Positions 1 through 6,853 of a DNA stretch of 45,651 bases are shown here, piece after piece (position 1 is the stretch's first letter; each line of letters starts with the position of its first letter). The DNA comes from a virus (Duplodnaviria; Caudoviricetes). The translations under genes were made by a program, and so were the position numbers. The stretch is from positions 1 through 45,651 of IMG/VR virus record IMGVR_UViG_3300037478_000106, one strand, 5' to 3'. The notes below the pieces were generated by a model. The model was not told the DNA's origin. It did no database searches and was given only the letters and a program-made list of their open reading frames with translations.

Positions 1-145
1 TCTGGGTCAGGCATCTTCGAGGAGTCTCCGCGCATTGAGAAGTGGTGTAGTGATGATGAGGCCAGTCTGAAAATGCCACCGGAAGTAATCAAGCCCTTGA
101 TCTGTCGGCAGGCCTGTTGCGAGCATCGCCTTGTGACTCGCATAC
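1..145. repeat. Terminal direct repeat, left copy (circular overlap with 45507..45651)
   Basis: 142/145 identical to the window end; mismatches at 127, 131 and 134. Confidence 0.97.
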
Positions 146-357
146 ATGTGCTTAGACACGCCTGCCCTCGTAAAGATCGGACGGAAGATCGAAACCGCAA
201 GTCTCCACTCGTTCATGTTGGAGGTCTGATCTGCGATCTCCTTCGTGGTGATGAGGAGCAGCTCTTGTGTACGTACGTCACAAGCAGAAGGCGCATGAGC
301 AGTGATCCACTCAGGCTCATTCTTGTACGTGACTGGGAAGACAGATACGGAATCCAT
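7..357 (-). CDS. Hypothetical protein, 116 aa
   Basis: ATG follows the upstream stop directly; its end overlaps the ATG of the next gene (45155..45520) across the circular junction. Confidence 0.7.
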   Translation of the reverse strand: MDSVSVFPVTYKNEPEWITAHAPSACDVRTQELLLITTKEIADQTSNMNEWRLAVSIFRPIFTRAGVSKHMYASHKAMLATGLPTDQGLDYFRWHFQTGLIITTPLLNARRLLEDA

Positions 358-555
358 TTACTTTTCCATTAATGGAATAGGTTGAGAGATGAGACGCATG
401 TATGCTTCGTGCTCTGCAGGAGTGGTGCGGAAGAATGACCGAGGAGCTCTTGGCCATTGAGAGCTTGTCCTTCTCAACGGACTACGCATTGGAAGATGTG
501 CATACGCACTCTTCGGATGAGGTGTCGGCTTACGTAGACCATTCCAGGATTTCAC
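358..555 (-). CDS. Hypothetical basic protein, 65 aa
   Basis: GGAGG-acaa-GTG start; abuts the next gene. Confidence 0.6.
   Translation of the reverse strand: MKSWNGLRKPTPHPKSAYAHLPMRSPLRRTSSQWPRAPRSFFRTTPAEHEAYMRLISQPIPLMEK
361..380. promoter_or_regulatory. 20-bp palindromic motif, copy 1
   Basis: Reverse complement CTATTCCATTAATGGAAAAG is identical to the copies at 4456 and 5713; 3 nt before the ATG at 357. Confidence 0.75.
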
Positions 556-589
556 TTGTCCTCCTATTACAGGTTGGCCTTCACTATCA

Positions 590-637
590 CTGCTCCCGAG
601 GGACTCGAACCCTCATACCGCGCCTTCGCTAGGAGCG
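590..637 (-). ncRNA. 48-nt tRNA-like minihelix (acceptor stem plus T-arm, no anticodon arm)
   Basis: CGCTCCT-16 nt-GAGGG TTCGAGT CCCTC-GGGAGCA-G; canonical T-loop and 5-bp T-stem; intergenic after the AAA gene. Confidence 0.55.
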
Positions 638-649
638 AGCCATCCCCTA

Positions 650-2077
650 CTATACCATCAATTCCTTCATGGCCCTGTGGATGTGCTCGACCTGCTCTTC
701 CATCGTACCGAGGCCATTGCCCTTCAGCTCCTTGACCGCAGCCCTGCCCATCTCGAGAGCCATCTGCGAGGACCAGTCCGGCTTCGGCTCCTCGGGCTTC
801 TTGAGCAGGTTCTGCTGCTGCACCATCGTCCGAGCGGAGACAGCGATGTCGTCTCCGATCAGCATGGAGTCGGAGAGTCCGGTCCGAGTGATGGATGCGA
901 GCTTGGCCCGCTCGACGACCTCTCGAACCACCGCCGGAGTGAACCCTGCGAGAAGTTCTCCCGCTTCGGTGAGGTTGGACTCCTCATCGAGACGACCGCG
1001 TGCGTAGAGCTTGATGAGCCTCTGCACGGCCTCCGCATCAGGTGCCACGATGTTGAGGATGACATCGAGACGCCCCGGTCGCAGCATCGCCTGATTGATC
1101 TGATCGAGGTGGTTCGTGGTGAGAACCACCATCAGCTCGGAGGTCTTCGAGTCGATGCCGTCGAGAGTGTTGAGGATGTTGTCCATCTCCTCGGTACGTC
1201 CACCGCTCATGTGCCTGTCCACATCCTCGGCGAAGATCACCGCAGGCTGGTAGAGCTGCGCGAACCGAATGGCTTCGGGAAGCTGGCTCGCATCCTTGAT
1301 GTAGATGAAAGTCCACCCGTTGTCAGTGGCGATCTTACCGATGCCCCTGGCGAGGAGTGACTTGCCCGTCCCGTAGGGGCCAGCCGCCAGGACTCCGCGC
1401 TTGAGCGGGATCTTGGAATCTCGGCACGCCTGCGCGTGGATGATGGGAGTGATGATGTTGGTCTCGATGAGTGCGGTCAGGTCCTTGTTGTAGACCATCT
1501 CAGTGAGATCCACGGAACGAAGATCGATGAAGCGGGGCTCTCCGAGATCGTCGGACTCGAAGTCCATTTTGAGAGCCTTCCCACGGTAGATCGAGTGGAG
1601 CTTCACGAACTGCTTCACCCGAGTCGCGAGTTCGAGAATCGTGGGCATCCACTTCTTCTGGGTCTGGCCCTCGATGCAGAACGCCATCCTGCCATCATGC
1701 GGATGAACACCGCAGTGGATCTTGGTTCCCTTGTCCAGCGGGAACGCGAACTGTCCCCACGGAGCGGTGACCTTGGAATCAGGCCCCGTCTCGATGGAGA
1801 TCTGCGCGGGAGGAGTGTCACCGAAGAAGCCTCGCGTGGCCTCCTGGAGCGCCGCACCGAACATGTCAGTGAGTACCGCGTGCAGAGCGATGGCTCCCTC
1901 ATACGGGAAGCACTGGATCGTCTCATGGAACGAGACTACCTGCTCCTCCTCAAGCATCTTCCGCTTGAGAATCGAGATCGCATCGGGATAGGTCATCACC
2001 TCAGGGATGATGATCTTCTCGCCGTACTTGACGATCTCAGCTACGTGGACCTTCTCGACTTCCTTAGGCTCAGTCAT
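650..2077 (-). CDS. Classical-clade AAA+ ATPase (FtsH/Cdc48/proteasome-ATPase-like), ~475 aa; frame is open upstream to 2245
   Basis: Walker A GPYGTGKS, Walker B VIFAEDVD, sensor TTN, SRH AMLRPGRLD; GGAGAG before the ATG at 2077. Confidence 0.9.
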   Translation of the reverse strand: MTEPKEVEKVHVAEIVKYGEKIIIPEVMTYPDAISILKRKMLEEEQVVSFHETIQCFPYEGAIALHAVLTDMFGAALQEATRGFFGDTPPAQISIETGPDSKVTAPWGQFAFPLDKGTKIHCGVHPHDGRMAFCIEGQTQKKWMPTILELATRVKQFVKLHSIYRGKALKMDFESDDLGEPRFIDLRSVDLTEMVYNKDLTALIETNIITPIIHAQACRDSKIPLKRGVLAAGPYGTGKSLLARGIGKIATDNGWTFIYIKDASQLPEAIRFAQLYQPAVIFAEDVDRHMSGGRTEEMDNILNTLDGIDSKTSELMVVLTTNHLDQINQAMLRPGRLDVILNIVAPDAEAVQRLIKLYARGRLDEESNLTEAGELLAGFTPAVVREVVERAKLASITRTGLSDSMLIGDDIAVSARTMVQQQNLLKKPEEPKPDWSSQMALEMGRAAVKELKGNGLGTMEEQVEHIHRAMKELMV

Positions 2078-2235
2078 GAGCTCTCCGTCTGGTGTGAGTT
2101 GTGGAACAGGACCTTTGCGTAGAGTTTTCCACATAAAGTCGAACGTGGTTCTGTGCTCCTTAGCAAGTTGTTGCAAGTACCGTACATCTTCCGCTAGGTC
2201 TTTCTCATCCGTGCTCCTTCCAGTTAAAGGTGATC

Positions 2236-2517
2236 CTAAGCCCATCTTAGGAAATGTCCTTCGCAGCGCTTGGCTGGAAGACCTGTGAGAACAGTGGTCA
2301 TCTTATCCAGAGTCTCATGGAACTTTGAGTGATCCTGTTCCTTGAGAAACTCTACCAACTTAAGAGTCTTTTCCAGTTGGTAATGCGTAGCAGCATTAGC
2401 CATTGCGAGTGCTGCTGTAACAGTTGTCACGTCTTCAAAATCCAGATCGACAACATAGATCTGACCGTCCTTATGGGCAGTGATCCTGCACGTGAACTCA
2501 GAGCTCGAACTTGACAT
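2236..2517 (-). CDS. Hypothetical protein, ~93 aa
   Basis: Internal ATG of ORF 2236..2664 that avoids a large overlap with the upstream gene. Confidence 0.55.
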   Translation of the reverse strand: MSSSSSEFTCRITAHKDGQIYVVDLDFEDVTTVTAALAMANAATHYQLEKTLKLVEFLKEQDHSKFHETLDKMTTVLTGLPAKRCEGHFLRWA

Positions 2518-2809
2518 CAGGCTTATCCTTGACGATGAGAACATTCTTCGCGTTAGCGACAACCCACTCGTTGTAAGCCTGAATCTTATCGAACGTCTTG
2601 ATGAGAGCCTGCTTCGGAATGTGGCTGTCGAGATGCCTAAGGATCTCGTAAGACTTCTGCTCATCCCGAGCCAGGACAGAACCTATCAGCGCAGCTCCAG
2701 CGGCCATCAGCTGGATATCGTACTGGCTGAGTTCCTGCTCGTGCGTAAGATGTTCCATCGTAAGGATCAACTTACCACGCATTGAGTTGGCGTCTACCTT
2801 CCCGTCCAC
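2498..2809 (-). CDS. Hypothetical protein, 103 aa
   Basis: GGAGG upstream; start overlaps the previous stop. Confidence 0.65.
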   Translation of the reverse strand: MDGKVDANSMRGKLILTMEHLTHEQELSQYDIQLMAAGAALIGSVLARDEQKSYEILRHLDSHIPKQALIKTFDKIQAYNEWVVANAKNVLIVKDKPDVKFEL

Positions 2810-3090
2810 TAGAAATCCTCCGGTGCAAAGTGTTTGGCTTCAGAGATCATGGCATCCTCGTCGAGAGGGGCCACAGAAAAGAATGCGTCAGGATAATCCT
2901 GCCACCTGCCACCGAAGGACCTTGCCGCGTAGTGCGATGCGTCTAGACCCACAGACGTATATGCAAAGAATCCCTTACGCATGGCTGAGTCATCGCTACG
3001 TGCAGCGACAGGACCCAGCTCATGCACAAGAGACGCATCATCTACGCTACCATGGACTCGAAAGGTCCACAGCGGTAGATCATTAGCCAT
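2809..3090 (-). CDS. Hypothetical protein, 93 aa (MANDLPLW...)
   Basis: AGGAG RBS; coupled to neighbours. Confidence 0.65.
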   Translation of the reverse strand: MANDLPLWTFRVHGSVDDASLVHELGPVAARSDDSAMRKGFFAYTSVGLDASHYAARSFGGRWQDYPDAFFSVAPLDEDAMISEAKHFAPEDF

Positions 3091-3322
3091 CAGTGATCTC
3101 CTTCTGTCTCCGAGTGATGTCGGTAGCCATCGAGCTGAGAAGCTGGAGGAAGTCAAGGATCTCCATAGGTGTGAAGTGAGATGCCATCCAAGCGGCCTTC
3201 TCGTCGAGGCGATCTCCCACGTCACCGGGCTTTGCGAAGAGACTCGCCATGACAGTGCACACAAGCATGGCTTGCTTCGCTGTCATGTGAGGCTGATAGA
3301 ACAGCATGTCATCATCTCGCAT
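3083..3322 (-). CDS. Hypothetical protein, 79 aa (MRDDDML...)
   Basis: GGAGG-actg-ATG; TGATG coupling. Confidence 0.65.
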   Translation of the reverse strand: MRDDDMLFYQPHMTAKQAMLVCTVMASLFAKPGDVGDRLDEKAAWMASHFTPMEILDFLQLLSSMATDITRRQKEITDG

Positions 3323-3489
3323 CAGTCCTCCAGTGTCACGTTGAGGATGACTTCTCCACCACGGACCTTGAGGTGGCACTTGGCCGCGGCACCGTACTTG
3401 GCGCGCAGCTTGCGGATGAGCTTCATCCCTGCTTCGAGGCTTCTCGGGTAGTACGTGAGCGGAAGCCGCTTCGTGAGAGTGTTATCCAT
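3322..3489 (-). CDS. Small basic hypothetical protein, 55 aa (MDNTLTKRLPLTYYP...), absent from the ORF track
   Basis: Fills the gap exactly, with TAATG and TGATG stop/start overlaps. Confidence 0.65.
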   Translation of the reverse strand: MDNTLTKRLPLTYYPRSLEAGMKLIRKLRAKYGAAAKCHLKVRGGEVILNVTLED

Positions 3490-3716
3490 TAGAACTTATC
3501 CAAGATGGATTGTGGAGTGATGCGCTTGAGGAGGTTGGAATATCTCTCCAGACCTCCTGAGGTGATGATGATGCCGAGTGAGATCTGCGGCTGGGCGAGT
3601 TCCCCAGTGAGTGCCTGTCCATGCTGAATCGAGCTGAACACGAGAGCAAGAGCACCGCTGAGAAGCATGCGCTCTTCATCCGTGAGGAGGACAGCTGTCA
3701 TCTTATCCTCGTTCAT
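3489..3716 (-). CDS. Hypothetical protein, 75 aa
   Basis: GGAGG RBS; ATGA overlap. Confidence 0.65.
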   Translation of the reverse strand: MNEDKMTAVLLTDEERMLLSGALALVFSSIQHGQALTGELAQPQISLGIIITSGGLERYSNLLKRITPQSILDKF

Positions 3717-3955
3717 GGGGCGGAATCCTCCAAGCGCATATCAATGGAGAATGTACCTACGGAGGCCCAGTCGTAGATCGGAGTCGGAACTGGATTCACG
3801 TCTTTGTCTACGATGAGCTTGTCACCGCCAAGCATGATGCCATACTCCCACACGGAGAGATGGGTGCGCTTGAATCGTACGCGTTCGAGTTTCACGAGAC
3901 CTCCCGCGAAGGCGTCATGAACTTCATCGGCTGACAGTTCGGACAGCCAGGGCAC
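3713..3955 (-). CDS. Hypothetical protein, 80 aa
   Basis: ORF within a tightly packed operon. Confidence 0.55.
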   Translation of the reverse strand: MPWLSELSADEVHDAFAGGLVKLERVRFKRTHLSVWEYGIMLGGDKLIVDKDVNPVPTPIYDWASVGTFSIDMRLEDSAP

Positions 3956-4107
3956 TTCCCCGGAGGATCGAGCTTGTCGAGAATCTCCATGAGGCAGTCC
4001 AGACTGCAGACAGTCCCGATCTCGACGACCTGCCCAGAGAGGACATTCTGTGCGGTGATGGACTCAGTCTGATCATGAGTTGTGCCGCATGCTGGGCAGG
4101 TTGCCAT
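3892..4107 (-). CDS. Small putative zinc-binding protein, 71 aa
   Basis: CPAC...CSLDC...CPGCPNC; TAATG coupling. Confidence 0.6.
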   Translation of the reverse strand: MATCPACGTTHDQTESITAQNVLSGQVVEIGTVCSLDCLMEILDKLDPPGKCPGCPNCQPMKFMTPSREVS

Positions 4108-4361
4108 TAGAACCCCGAGGACTGAAGGTTCTTGGCTTCCAGCGCTTCATGGCAGAACGCCAGCGCGGCTTCGTTGTGGACGGTCAAGTACACCACGCCA
4201 TCGAGCACGTAGTGGACCAGTCCAGAGACCCCTTGCACCCAACCTGTGAAGTTGGGAGGGGCAGCGCTGAGGGAACGAACCTCAGGCCGGATAGCGACTT
4301 CTCGTGGCACGATAATACCTCCGGGGAGATACTCTCCCATCTTGAGTATAGATTGGGCCAT
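4107..4361 (-). CDS. Hypothetical protein, ~84 aa (start uncertain)
   Basis: First ORF after the promoter at 4377..4405. Confidence 0.55.
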   Translation of the reverse strand: MAQSILKMGEYLPGGIIVPREVAIRPEVRSLSAAPPNFTGWVQGVSGLVHYVLDGVVYLTVHNEAALAFCHEALEAKNLQSSGF

Positions 4362-4376
4362 TCCCAACCATGCCAC

Positions 4377-4405
4377 AATATACCATCAGACGAGCAACTC
4401 CGCAA
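4377..4405 (-). promoter_or_regulatory. Sigma70-type promoter
   Basis: TTGCGG-17 bp-TATATT with extended TG. Confidence 0.8.
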
Positions 4406-4455
4406 ATAAGTGTGGGAGTGGTATGGTAAGATCCTTAGACCTATCTTCCTCCCCC

Positions 4456-4475
4456 CTATTCCATTAATGGAAAAG
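4456..4475. promoter_or_regulatory. 20-bp palindromic motif, copy 2
   Basis: CTATTCCATTAATGGAAAAG. Confidence 0.75.
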
Positions 4476-4516
4476 GTATAACCCCTTCCAGAGAATCCTT
4501 CTCCCGTAGATGTCAT

Positions 4517-4778
4517 CCCTGATCAGGCTTTCCCTGGTAGGTAGGCTGTGTGTTAGCCTACCTACCTTCCCCCCCTAACCTCCATGGGTGTGTTGTTCCA
4601 AAGGTGTTAGTTAGGGTATTTGAAGTGTCGTCCTGTTGTAGGAAAAAAAATAAGAGAGAGACTCACACTTCAGAGCTTCATACTCATAACCCACGCAACA
4701 CACCTCCAAAAGGTAGGGGGGGGAGGTAGTTAGGTCAACTCCCCACCTACCTCCCTACCCCAGAAAGATTGGATCGGG
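4517..4778. repeat. Long nested imperfect inverted repeat in non-coding DNA (candidate origin, packaging site or ncRNA)
   Basis: 4557..4595 complements 4696..4734; TGAAGTGT/ACACTTCA inner pair; perfect 12-bp hairpin at 4536..4566; central A-tract. Confidence 0.7.
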
Positions 4779-4788
4779 TATAGATCCG

Positions 4789-4827
4789 AAAAAAGACCGA
4801 AGCGCGGATGTTCTCTCGCTCCGATCT
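4789..4827 (-). terminator. Intrinsic terminator after gene 4865..5305
   Basis: AGATCGGAGCG...CGCTTCGGTCT stem running into a T6 tract on the minus strand. Confidence 0.75.
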
Positions 4828-4836
4828 CTATTCCCA

Positions 4837-4864
4837 AGTGTCACATTACGATACAGTGCGGTGG
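4837..4864. repeat. 28-bp inverted repeat, left arm (3' UTR of gene 4865..5305)
   Basis: 25/28 complementary to 5346..5373. Confidence 0.9.
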
Positions 4865-5305
4865 TTACTTCGTGAGGTTCTGAGCGATATTCAGTGCGAT
4901 GTCGCTTGGCGTGCCCATGTCCACGAGCTGACCAGCGTAGGCCTGCTGGTACTCGGTCCAGTCGTCTCCGGACATCTTCGTTCCGTCCGGCAGCGGGTAC
5001 ATGGTGGTGACCTTGCCAGCACGCCGGATGCCCTTGAGCATAGCGTAGTGGGCTTCCTGGATCTCCTCGACCTTCTTACCGACCATCGCGCGGTTCAGGC
5101 CCTGGGACTTGACCCGCAGGGACGTACCGTCCGACATGGCAAGCAGGCACTCCCCGCCGAAGTGATTCAGGAAAGCAGCGAGGTCCTCGATAACGGCAAT
5201 CTGCGCATTATCGGTAACGGTGGCCTTATCGGAGTTGTTCGGCCCGTTGCGCTTGGCAACGGACTCAGTCCGAAAGACGATTCCGTACTCGTTCCAGTTA
5301 CGCAT
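4865..5305 (-). CDS. Hypothetical protein, 146 aa; paralogue of 41565..41990
   Basis: GGAG RBS before the ATG at 5305; shares the MxDGTSxRVxxQ motif. Confidence 0.8.
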   Translation of the reverse strand: MRNWNEYGIVFRTESVAKRNGPNNSDKATVTDNAQIAVIEDLAAFLNHFGGECLLAMSDGTSLRVKSQGLNRAMVGKKVEEIQEAHYAMLKGIRRAGKVTTMYPLPDGTKMSGDDWTEYQQAYAGQLVDMGTPSDIALNIAQNLTK

Positions 5306-5345
5306 GATGTTTCTCCAGTGTAGGGGATTGTATGACGTAGCTCCG

Positions 5346-5373
5346 CCCCCGCACTGTATCGTAACGCGACACT
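5346..5373. repeat. 28-bp inverted repeat, right arm (5' UTR of gene 4865..5305)
   Basis: 25/28 complementary to 4837..4864. Confidence 0.9.
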
Positions 5374-5437
5374 CAGTTGTCAATCAACGTTGTGGCTATG
5401 GACTGTCCATATGCTGCTTCGTCCATACCACACAACC

Positions 5438-5466
5438 AATGTAACACCCTGCGGGTCCGATGTCAA
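5438..5466 (-). promoter_or_regulatory. Strong sigma70-type promoter for gene 4865..5305
   Basis: TTGACA-17 bp-TACATT with extended TG. Confidence 0.85.
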
Positions 5467-5624
5467 ACTGGAAGCACCCGACACCCCCGCAGTGGGGGTC
5501 CAGCGCGTAAGGTTGTGCCCTCAACAAATCGCGGCCAACTTTTCAGTTGTGAGTGTGATCGCCCACGCTGCGCGACTGCAGCGGAGATGTAACAGATGAC
5601 GCGGCGGTGTAGCACAACGAAAAC

Positions 5625-5653
5625 TTGCGTAGAAAGGGTTCTGGTGTTATATA
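5625..5653 (+). promoter_or_regulatory. Sigma70-type promoter heading the virion operon
   Basis: TTGCGT-17 bp-TATATA with extended TG; same family as the minus-strand promoters. Confidence 0.75.
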
Positions 5654-5712
5654 TCATGGAGAGGCGGGAGCTACGTCCATATGGATCGAGAGCTCAGGGA
5701 CTGAACACCCAT

Positions 5713-5732
5713 CTATTCCATTAATGGAAAAG
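5713..5732. promoter_or_regulatory. 20-bp palindromic motif, copy 3
   Basis: CTATTCCATTAATGGAAAAG; its last G is the first base of the GTG start at 5732. Confidence 0.75.
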
Positions 5733-6289
5733 TGCCGAGACCTAACCCAGCAAGTGCGAATAGACAGCGAGTCGTCGACCTCAGACCGCGGACGAAAGCA
5801 GCGCTCCGGCTCTACGCCAGCGGAGCGGTCAAGTCTATTGCTGAAGCAGCTCGGACAGTTGGAGCTGCCCCTGGAAGTGTCTACGTCGCCCACGGAACCA
5901 TCACAGGACAGGCCCTTGTGAATAGCGTAGATCAGGCGATCGAGGAGAAGACCATCGACATGGCAGAGCTGCTCAAGCGGCTCGGGAGAGAAGCTGTCCT
6001 CAAGACCGCCACGCTGATGCGAAGCGCCGGGAGTGAGAATATCCAACTTGCCGCAGCGCGTGACCTGGCGGATAGATCAACTGAGACCAGCAAGATCCAG
6101 AAGATCCAGGTAGAGCCTTTCACACTTGATCCGGATGCCGGGAAGGCCCTGGCCGCTGCGCTGGTAGAAGCCGCACAGGTCCAGACCAAGTTTGCTGATG
6201 CGTCGACGAGAGATCTCATCAACATCGAGTCGACGAGTTACACGGCGCTTCCGCCGATGGAAGTACAACCTGTCAAGGAGGAAGGATGA
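5732..6289 (+). CDS. Putative terminase small subunit (N-terminal HTH)
   Basis: HTH-like KAALRLYASGAVKSIAEAARTVG; helical; first gene upstream of terL. Confidence 0.6.
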   Translation: MPRPNPASANRQRVVDLRPRTKAALRLYASGAVKSIAEAARTVGAAPGSVYVAHGTITGQALVNSVDQAIEEKTIDMAELLKRLGREAVLKTATLMRSAGSENIQLAAARDLADRSTETSKIQKIQVEPFTLDPDAGKALAAALVEAAQVQTKFADASTRDLINIESTSYTALPPMEVQPVKEEG

Positions 6290-6582
6290 GCTGGCTCATC
6301 AAGATCGCGGCACCGCTGATTGTGCCCTTGCTAGTCGCACCGCTGACTGTGTTGCTCGGTAAGTTGATCCTGAACGCACGGCACGAGATCGACAAGCTCC
6401 CATCGTATGTCAAGCAGGGTGTCATCGTGCTGATCGCAACGGCACTGACGGGGGCGGCGAGTTTCCTCGGAGTCGAGCTCTGTCCACCTGCGATTGAGTG
6501 CACGCTGGAGAACTTTGACCAGCAGGCACTGGTGGCCGCGCTCCTATCGTTTGCTCTCCACTCTGGCCTAAAGAAGGCTTAA
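6286..6582 (+). CDS. Membrane protein, putative holin
   Basis: 98 aa, 2-3 hydrophobic segments, basic C-terminus. Confidence 0.55.
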   Translation: MSWLIKIAAPLIVPLLVAPLTVLLGKLILNARHEIDKLPSYVKQGVIVLIATALTGAASFLGVELCPPAIECTLENFDQQALVAALLSFALHSGLKKA

Positions 6583-6584
6583 CC

Positions 6585-6638
6585 ATGGCAAAGAAGATGA
6601 GCAGCAAGTCCAAGCCTGCTTCCAAGAAGAAGTGCTAA
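6585..6638 (+). CDS. Possible 17-aa Lys-rich peptide MAKKMSSKSKPASKKKC
   Basis: AAGG upstream; TAATG coupling to the next gene. Confidence 0.4.
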   Translation: MAKKMSSKSKPASKKKC

Positions 6639-6853
6639 TGGATAAGGCCAACGGCGAGATCGGTTTCAACGAAGAGACCGAGATCAACTGGCGGAACAAC
6701 CTCCGCACGTTTCGCGAGAACGTGTGGCCTGTGTTGCAGGAAGAAGGGCTGACAGACTTCAACATCGCGTACATGACTTGGCATCTCTCCATGATGCACA
6801 ACACGCTTGAAGAGCTGCGCGAGACTGTTGACGATCGAGGATTCAATGTCTGA
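6638..6853 (+). CDS. Hypothetical protein, 71 aa
   Basis: Coupled upstream; overlaps the terL start. Confidence 0.65.
   Translation: MDKANGEIGFNEETEINWRNNLRTFRENVWPVLQEEGLTDFNIAYMTWHLSMMHNTLEELRETVDDRGFNV

Noticed and set aside
1-145. Diversity-generating retroelement TR/VR pair
   Set aside because: No reverse transcriptase; the repeat is the circular assembly overlap.
590-614. Temperate lifestyle through a tRNA-derived attP
   Set aside because: No integrase, excisionase or CI-like repressor is recognisable in the complete circle.
669-2122. Several + strand ORFs over the AAA gene, and similar antisense ORFs genome-wide
   Set aside because: They overlap well-supported genes on the opposite strand and have no motifs.
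5354-5383. Extra TTGACA promoter and TTG start extending gene 4865 to 5383
   Set aside because: No -10 box at 16-18 bp spacing, and the ATG at 5305 has a proper RBS and matches the paralogue's length.
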